From positions 1 to 34,193 of the forward strand of contig JBFFUI010000022.1 in the NCBI GenBank assembly GCA_041571435.1: DNA of 34,193 bases, given 5' to 3'. The notes below the pieces were generated by a model. That model was not told where the DNA came from and made no database searches. It saw nothing but the letters and a program-made list of their open reading frames with translations. Positions 26,370 to 34,193 of the stretch are shown here, in pieces (within the stretch, counting starts at the first letter, position 1; each line of letters begins with the position of its first letter). The position numbers and the translations under genes were made by a program. The stretch comes from Sulfurimonadaceae bacterium. Lineage in GTDB: Bacteria; Campylobacterota; Campylobacteria; Campylobacterales; Sulfurimonadaceae.

Positions 26370-27444
26370 GGTGATCGTCTTAGGCTCTACCGGCTCGATC
26401 GGGGTCAACACGCTCGAGATCGCCAAAAAATTCGATCTCAATGTCGATGTCCTTGTCGCCGGTAACAACCTTACACTTTTAAACCGCCAGATCGAAACCC
26501 ATGCACCAACGGTTGTCGTCGTCGGCGAACATGCCGATCCAAATGCGGTCAATCATCCCAACGTGCTTCAAGGCGAAGCGGCTATTTTAGAGGTGATCGA
26601 AGCGTCGCAGAGCAAACTGGTCGTTAACGCTTTGGTCGGCTTTATGGGACTGCGACCGACACTCAAGGCGATCGAGACAGGCAAACGGGTTGCCCTGGCC
26701 AACAAAGAGTCGCTGGTCGCCGGAGGTGCTTTCATCGATATGTCGATGATACAGCCGATAGACAGTGAACACTTCGGGCTTTGGTATCTCAACAACGTCT
26801 CCCGTCCCATCGACCGCATGCTGATAACGGCCAGCGGCGGCGCGTTCAGAGACTGGCCGCTTGAGAAGATCAAAAACGCCACGTTGGCGGATACCCAAAA
26901 GCATCCCAACTGGGCGATGGGGCAAAAGATCACGATCGACAGCGCTTCGATGATGAACAAGATGTTCGAGCTTTTGGAGGCACGCTGGCTTTTCGGCGAA
27001 GGGGAGTATGATGCGCTCATCGAGACAAAATCGCTTATTCATGCCCTCATAGACTACAAAGACGGTTCAACGACGGCGCACTTCGCCAAAGCCAACATGC
27101 AGCTGCCGATCGCCTATGCGGTGATGGGGCAGGCGGACGAAGAGATCTTGCGACCGGTCAACCTGCTCGAGGTGGGTTCGCTGGAGTTTCGCGAGATCAC
27201 AACAGAACGTTATCCTATCTGGCAGATCAGAGAAGAGCTCCTTGCCAATCCGAAACGCGGTGTCGTGGTCAATGCGGCCAATGAAGCTGCGATAGAGCTC
27301 TTCGTAGAGGAAAAGATCGGCTTTTTGGAGATCTCCGAACGTGTGATCAGTGCCTTTGGACACTTTACAGCGGAACCGCAGAACATCGATGAGGTCTTTG
27401 CACTTGATGTCGAGGTGCGCCAATACGTAAAGGCGATGTCATGA
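26362..27444 (+). CDS. dxr: 1-deoxy-D-xylulose 5-phosphate reductoisomerase
   Basis: LGSTGSIG, LANKESLV, PIDSEH, TASGG, HPNWAMGQKITIDSA, NAANE. Confidence 0.96.
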   Translation: MHKVIVLGSTGSIGVNTLEIAKKFDLNVDVLVAGNNLTLLNRQIETHAPTVVVVGEHADPNAVNHPNVLQGEAAILEVIEASQSKLVVNALVGFMGLRPTLKAIETGKRVALANKESLVAGGAFIDMSMIQPIDSEHFGLWYLNNVSRPIDRMLITASGGAFRDWPLEKIKNATLADTQKHPNWAMGQKITIDSASMMNKMFELLEARWLFGEGEYDALIETKSLIHALIDYKDGSTTAHFAKANMQLPIAYAVMGQADEEILRPVNLLEVGSLEFREITTERYPIWQIREELLANPKRGVVVNAANEAAIELFVEEKIGFLEISERVISAFGHFTAEPQNIDEVFALDVEVRQYVKAMS

Positions 27445-28004
27445 GAGAGAAGGTCCTTTTACTGCACGGCTGGGGCGGAAGCGACTACCCGCACTGGCAG
27501 TCCTGGCTGGCGGGCGAGATCGCCAAAGATTACGGTACAGTGGCTTTTCCGCTTCTGGACCATCCCCATTTCCCGACCAAGAACCGATGGATGAAGCAGG
27601 TCAAGAGTCTACTTGAAGAGTTTCAGCCGGATGTTGTCATCTGCCACTCACTAGCCAACACGCTCTGGTTCCACCTCTGTCACGAGGGGGAGATCAAAGA
27701 GGTTGAACGGCTGCTCCTGGTTGCGCCGCCGCGACTGGACCTTGAGCTCGATACCATTTCAAGCTTTTTCCCGGTCACGCCTCCAGATCGTCTCTTTGCC
27801 ACAGAGGCGATGCTGGTCACCTCCACGGATGATCCTTATATGACGGCGATCGAAAGTGTCGATCTTCAAAGTGCTCTGGGCATTGAGATGAAGGTCCTGC
27901 GAGATGCAGGTCATATCAATGCTGAGAGCGGTTACGGCGAATGGCCCTGGGTCAAAGAGTGGCTGACGCAGGGAAGCAAGAAAAGAGGCGGGAGAGGCGA
28001 ATGA
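27441..28004 (+). CDS. RBBP9/YdeN-family alpha/beta hydrolase
   Basis: [16 protein letters not shown] nucleophile elbow, STDDPY, AGHIN. Confidence 0.88.
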   Translation: MREKVLLLHGWGGSDYPHWQSWLAGEIAKDYGTVAFPLLDHPHFPTKNRWMKQVKSLLEEFQPDVVICHSLANTLWFHLCHEGEIKEVERLLLVAPPRLDLELDTISSFFPVTPPDRLFATEAMLVTSTDDPYMTAIESVDLQSALGIEMKVLRDAGHINAESGYGEWPWVKEWLTQGSKKRGGRGE

Positions 28005-28978
28005 TCTTATCTATCGAATCCTCTTGTGATGACAGCTCTATCGCCATCACCGATATAGAGAGTAAAAAACTGGTCTATCATAAGAAAATCTCCCAGGAGC
28101 TGGAGCATGCCGTCTACGGCGGTGTCGTTCCGGAACTGGCTTCGCGTCTGCATGCGGAAGCCCTGCCGAAGATCCTTGAAGAGTGCAAACCCTACTTCCC
28201 GCAGTTAAAAGCGATCGCGGTCACTAACGCTCCGGGACTTGCCGTGACCCTGATGGAGGGGATCACGATGGCAAAGGCACTGAGTCTGACGCTCGACCTT
28301 CCGCTTATCGCGGTGAACCATCTAAAAGGGCATATCTATTCTCTCTTTATCGACAAAGAGGCGATCTTCCCGCAGACGGTCCTGCTGGTCTCCGGCGGGC
28401 ATACCCAGGTCGTCGAGGTCAAATCGCTCAATGAGATGGAGACGGTCGCGACGACGATGGATGACAGTTTCGGAGAGAGCTTTGACAAAGTCGCCAAGAT
28501 GATGGGTCTGGCTTATCCGGGCGGCCCGGTGATCGAGAAGTTGGCCAAAGAGGGCGATCCCAAACGCTATGGGTTTACGATCCCGCTGCAGCAGAAGAAA
28601 ATCTTTGCCTTCTCCTACTCCGGCATCAAAAATGCGGTGCGTCTGGCAGTCGAAGAGGGAAGCGAAGCGGACTACCCGGACATTGCGGCTTCGTTCCAGG
28701 AGGTGGCGAGTGAACATCTGATACGCAAGATCAAAAAGTACCTGGTCGAGCATCCGCCAAAGAACTTCGCCATCGTCGGCGGCGCAAGTGCAAACCTCTA
28801 TCTGCGTGAAAAAGTCGAGGCGATGCTGGCGCCATACGGGGCCAAGCTGCATTTGGCCGAACTAAAATACTGCTCGGACAATGCCGCAATGATCGGCCGT
28901 GTAGCGGTTGAGATGTATAAGGAAAAAGCGTTCACTCCGATGGCCCAACTGCAGGCCATCCCGCGTACACAATTATAA
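28001..28978 (+). CDS. tsaD: tRNA threonylcarbamoyladenosine biosynthesis protein TsaD
   Basis: [54 protein letters not shown] 28001 overlaps the upstream stop. Confidence 0.96.
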   Translation: MILSIESSCDDSSIAITDIESKKLVYHKKISQELEHAVYGGVVPELASRLHAEALPKILEECKPYFPQLKAIAVTNAPGLAVTLMEGITMAKALSLTLDLPLIAVNHLKGHIYSLFIDKEAIFPQTVLLVSGGHTQVVEVKSLNEMETVATTMDDSFGESFDKVAKMMGLAYPGGPVIEKLAKEGDPKRYGFTIPLQQKKIFAFSYSGIKNAVRLAVEEGSEADYPDIAASFQEVASEHLIRKIKKYLVEHPPKNFAIVGGASANLYLREKVEAMLAPYGAKLHLAELKYCSDNAAMIGRVAVEMYKEKAFTPMAQLQAIPRTQL

Positions 28979-29003
28979 ATAGGATACTTTTTGTCCTATT
29001 CTT
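28978..29003 (+). terminator. Putative intrinsic terminator after tsaD
   Basis: AATAGGATA-CTTTT-TGTCCTATT stem followed by CTT. Confidence 0.5.
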
Positions 29004-29103
29004 AAATCAAGCTTAGCTAAACCAAACCTTAGAGTCGTTAAGTGAACATAGATTTTTTTATGTGTAAACTCTCGGTATAAAAATTAACAAACAGGAGCCC
29101 AAT

Positions 29104-29607
29104 ATGGCAACTACTAAATTCAAAGGTACAGACGTAGAACTTCTAGGAAACGAAGTAAACGTAGGCGACAAAGCACCAGCAATCACTGTTGTAAACTCAG
29201 ATGGTCTTGGTGACGTTGTAGTCGGTGGCGCAACAGGTAAGAAACAACTTATTATCGTTGTTCCTTCACTAGACACAGGTGTATGTGCTACAGAGACTCG
29301 TAACTTCAATGCGAAAGCGGCAAGCCTTTCAGATGTTACTACTACTGTTGTTTCTCTAGACCTTCCATTTGCTGCAGGTCGTTTTTGTTCAGCTGAAGGC
29401 ATTGACAACTTGACTGTTGCTTCTGACTTCCGTAACAAAGAGTTCGCTAACGCATACGGTGTACTTCTTGGTGGATCAGTTCTAGCTGGTGTAACATGTC
29501 GTGCAATCTTCGTAGTAAACGAAGAAGGTATCGTAACATACAAAGAGATCGTTCCAGAGATCACTGAAGAGCCTAACTACGACGCTGCACTAGCTGCTGT
29601 ACAGTAG
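29104..29607 (+). CDS. tpx: Thiol peroxidase
   Basis: VPSLDTGVC..TRNFN, SLDLPFAAGRFC, EEPNYD. Strong high-expression codon bias. Confidence 0.96.
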   Translation: MATTKFKGTDVELLGNEVNVGDKAPAITVVNSDGLGDVVVGGATGKKQLIIVVPSLDTGVCATETRNFNAKAASLSDVTTTVVSLDLPFAAGRFCSAEGIDNLTVASDFRNKEFANAYGVLLGGSVLAGVTCRAIFVVNEEGIVTYKEIVPEITEEPNYDAALAAVQ

Positions 29608-29773
29608 TCCTGATCAGTAAGAAGATCTCCCCTCTTCTTGCTACTTTCCTCCTTAACGGAGGAGACGTTAACCCCACTTTTCATCTCCCTTCATCTTTAT
29701 TTAACTTTACTCTGATACACTCCTATGACAAAAAATAATGCACATAAAAAAGATGCATATTCAAGGAATGTTC

Positions 29774-30538
29774 ATGAAAAAAACTCTCTCAATTGCAGCA
29801 ATGTCTGTACTGTTAGCGACAGCAGCCAATGCAGATATTATGCGTGTTGAAGGTGCCGTAGGTATGTGGCAAACGGAACCGACCGGGACGATCACTTACG
29901 AAAACAACACCTTTGATATTGTCGACAATGCCGGTTTCGATAAATCGACTGCGACCTATGCATGGATCTATCTCAAGCACCCGGTTCCGGTTATTCCGAA
30001 TGTGCGTCTTGAGTACGTTCAGCCAAGCTATGATTCGACAATATCAAAAGATATTAGCTGGGGCGGTAATACCTATACAGCAGGTATGACGAATGAACTC
30101 TCTTTGACAGAATATGATGCGGTGCTCTACTACAACCTTCTGGACAACACGTTCTGGACAACAGTTGATCTCGGTCTGGATGTCAAGCTGATCAACGGGA
30201 ACTACAAGCTGAGTGACACGACAGGTACCCTGCCTGCTGTCGACGAAAGTTTCGACCTTGCGATGGTACTTCCGTACATGCGTGCACGCGTTCAGCTTCC
30301 GGTGACCAATATCGGTATCGAAGCGATCGCAAGAGGTATTTCATACGGCAACAACAAAGTTGTCGACGCAGAGATCAAGGTCGATTATACAATGGACTTC
30401 GTACCTGTTGTCCAGCCGGGTTTTGAGATCGGTTACCGTTACCAGCAGATCACTATCGATGGCGGAACGGTAGGTGCCGGTGCTGAGCTTGACACGACGT
30501 TCTCAGGCATCTACGGCGGTCTGATGGTGCGTTTCTAA
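29774..30538 (+). CDS. Outer-membrane beta-barrel protein (TIGR04219-like)
   Basis: Signal peptide ANA|D, KHPVPVIPNVRLEY, YYNLLDN, GYRY, terminal Phe. Confidence 0.8.
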   Translation: MKKTLSIAAMSVLLATAANADIMRVEGAVGMWQTEPTGTITYENNTFDIVDNAGFDKSTATYAWIYLKHPVPVIPNVRLEYVQPSYDSTISKDISWGGNTYTAGMTNELSLTEYDAVLYYNLLDNTFWTTVDLGLDVKLINGNYKLSDTTGTLPAVDESFDLAMVLPYMRARVQLPVTNIGIEAIARGISYGNNKVVDAEIKVDYTMDFVPVVQPGFEIGYRYQQITIDGGTVGAGAELDTTFSGIYGGLMVRF

Positions 30539-30556
30539 ACGGCCACTCTTCTTAAC

Positions 30557-30578
30557 ATACGGGCACTTTAGCCCGTAT
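30557..30578. terminator. Hairpin between the convergent OMP and murB genes
   Basis: ATACGGGC-ACTTTA-GCCCGTAT perfect 8-bp stem. Confidence 0.6.
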
Positions 30579-30655
30579 CTCTCTCAAAACAGCATCACAC
30601 TTTTTTAGAATCACAAAGTCATATAGGCAAAATCGTCTGGTTTGACGATCAGCTG

Positions 30656-31501
30656 TTACTGCCTCTTTTCAGGCACTGCTGCCGGAGCGTTCTTGCCCAT
30701 ATAGCGGGTATCGATGATCACGACCTCGTTTTCCAGCCAGATGCCGAACTTTTCATACACTTTATGCTGTGCCAACTCCATCAGTGCAATCGCCTCATCG
30801 AAGGTGCCGCCACCGAGGTTGATCATGAAATTGGCATGCTGTTCACTGTAGGCCATACCGCCGATGCGGTGACCCTTTAATCCGACGGCCTCGATCAGGC
30901 GGCCGGCATAGTCGTTAGACGGGTTTTTAAAAAAACTGCCGGCACTCGGATCGTGCGGCTGATTGGCACGCATCTGTTTGAACATCTCGATCTTTTTTTG
31001 TTCAAACCCTTCCATGATCTCAAAAACGCCTTCAAAAACAACGTCGTCGATATCGGTTTTCCGGTAACCGTATGTGATCTGATCACGCAGCCGGTACCCC
31101 TCTCTAAAACGGACACTGTGGAGGTGGTTAAAGATCTCATACTCTTTCAGCCCGGCATTCATCTGCAGCATACCGCCCAGGGTACCTGGAAGATGGGCGA
31201 CAAACTCAAAGTTGGCAATGTTGTGTTTTTTGCAAAAAGAGACGATCTTACCGCCGGGGGTGGCGGCACCGATGAGGAGTCTGTTCTCTTCGATCTTGAT
31301 GTAGTCAAAAGCTTTTGAGAGTTTCATCAAAGGCGGATGCTGCGGACCGACCAGCAGGTTGTTTGCCGAACCGATCAGGTAGGCACCATCGGGGTAGTCA
31401 AAACTGTCGATCATGTAGACATCGGCAACCGGGCCGACGCGGATTGAGCTGAACTTTGAAAAGTCGATGGATTTCAAAGGGAAGTTGCTGCTATTTGCCA
31501 T
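30656..31501 (-). CDS. murB: UDP-N-acetylenolpyruvoylglucosamine reductase
   Basis: GSANNLL, LPGTLGGMLQMNAG, SAGSFFKNP, HANFMIN, LENEV. Start uncertain (31501, 31477 or 31516). Confidence 0.94.
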   Translation of the reverse strand: MANSSNFPLKSIDFSKFSSIRVGPVADVYMIDSFDYPDGAYLIGSANNLLVGPQHPPLMKLSKAFDYIKIEENRLLIGAATPGGKIVSFCKKHNIANFEFVAHLPGTLGGMLQMNAGLKEYEIFNHLHSVRFREGYRLRDQITYGYRKTDIDDVVFEGVFEIMEGFEQKKIEMFKQMRANQPHDPSAGSFFKNPSNDYAGRLIEAVGLKGHRIGGMAYSEQHANFMINLGGGTFDEAIALMELAQHKVYEKFGIWLENEVVIIDTRYMGKNAPAAVPEKRQ

Positions 31502-31518
31502 CTGCTCTGTACGCAATG

Positions 31519-32382
31519 CTAACTATTGCGCAGCTCACTGTATTCACGGGGGATAAGGTACTCTTCGGCTTTGATCAGTGTGTCGTAAAAACCGTGTTTG
31601 AACCCAAGTTCATAGAGTTTGTCGATCGCTTTGAGCTGAAGGGGACTGAGCTCTACTGAGTCGTCATTGGCATAAAGCTCAAGGTATTTGTCCAGGGTTG
31701 CCCCTTCGATGCGGACCAGCTTCTCTTTGACCAGACGGTCACAGAGCTCCTCTTTTCTAGCGCGGGCGACTTTTACGGCTTCGGTAAGCGTCTTTTCATA
31801 GGCTATCGCTTTTGTCAGCGGTAGCGAGCGGCGGATCGCCATGCCGCCAAGCGGCAGCGGGAGATCTTTGCCGGCAAGTTCCTGCCAGATGTCCCATACC
31901 TCACGTTCCACTTCCAGTTCATCGCCAAAGGTCAAGATGCTTTCATGGATCAAAACACCGGCATCGACCTTGCCGCTTCGTACCGCCTCTTCGATCTCAA
32001 GAAAGTCCATATAGACGGGACGCGCTTGCGGGTAGGCAATACGAAAAAGCATCGCATTGGTCGTGTATTTGCCGCTGAGCGCGACCTTGAAGTTACGTTT
32101 TAAGGTCTTGTCTTTGCGTTTGATGAGCTTGGGACCGTAGCCCTCGCCAAAGCTTACGGCCGTACGGAGCAGAGCGTAGTCATCTCTGATATGCGGGTAA
32201 AGGGCAAAACTGATCGCCGAGATATCGTAGGTTCCTTTGAGGGCTTCAACGTTGAGTGTCTCGATATCGAGAGGGATGTTGTCAAAGTCAACGCCCTCTT
32301 GTGTCACCCAGCCGAATTTGATGGCATAGTACATGAAAATATCATCAGCGTCAGGAGAGTGGGCAATTACCATTTTTTTCAA
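31519..32382 (-). CDS. mqnD: MqnD-family menaquinone (futalosine pathway) protein
   Basis: HSPDADDIF, DIETLN, GYGP, GVLIHE, LPLPLG. TTG 32382 lies 6 nt after AGGA. Confidence 0.85.
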   Translation of the reverse strand: MKKMVIAHSPDADDIFMYYAIKFGWVTQEGVDFDNIPLDIETLNVEALKGTYDISAISFALYPHIRDDYALLRTAVSFGEGYGPKLIKRKDKTLKRNFKVALSGKYTTNAMLFRIAYPQARPVYMDFLEIEEAVRSGKVDAGVLIHESILTFGDELEVEREVWDIWQELAGKDLPLPLGGMAIRRSLPLTKAIAYEKTLTEAVKVARARKEELCDRLVKEKLVRIEGATLDKYLELYANDDSVELSPLQLKAIDKLYELGFKHGFYDTLIKAEEYLIPREYSELRNS

Positions 32383-32592
32383 AAAAAGTCCTAATAGTTG
32401 ATCGACAAATATGTCTGAAAGTAATGTTGATTTTAACCAAACAACGCTAAAATTACGCACTATTGTGATTTTAATAGTTTGGTTCAAAAAATATGTCAAA
32501 ATGCAATTTAATATAGTTAATTATTGCAAATTGACATAGAATACAAGTAAATAATTTAGATGGCAGAAGCTGTCGCGTAAGAGGATTACAAA

Positions 32593-34193
<1,601 letters not shown>

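Noticed and set aside
32383-32499. N-terminal extension of the MqnD-family ORF
   Set aside because: AT-rich divergent promoter region. The RBS and recognisable homology begin at TTG 32382.

Overview
Bacterial chromosomal window, most likely a free-living Campylobacterota (Sulfurimonas/Sulfuricurvum-like). The basis is the recA-eno coupling, the futalosine-pathway MqnD-family gene beside murB, and TGnTATAAT promoters. Left half (137-18985): an accessory-looking, visibly GC-richer block between two inward-facing tRNAs (Tyr-Gly on +, Ser on -). It carries two SAM methyltransferases, ribokinase-PfpI, a 2-Cys DksA paralogue, an archaeal-type DnaK with a DnaJ whose apparent start is ATC, and a 46-aa Lys-rich peptide. 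It also carries a self-contained lipM-like/lipA/lpdA + acs-pdhA-pdhB-pdhC-ACP module, pcm, a tandem HD-GYP protein, a cold-shock protein, a secreted ankyrin protein and a truncated phage-repressor-like HTH. Middle (19119-23832): a minus-strand operon of TonB receptor, unknown membrane protein, Cys-rich protein and cobQ. Its leader holds no recognisable cobalamin riboswitch but is filled by a 121-aa His/Cys, SPP-containing, C-rich upstream ORF, a candidate peptide-based attenuator and the most interesting signal here. Right half: core genes (NFACT/RqcH, cdsA, dxr, YdeN hydrolase, tsaD, tpx, OMP, murB, mqnD, recA, partial eno). All family assignments come from motif recognition only; no searches were run.
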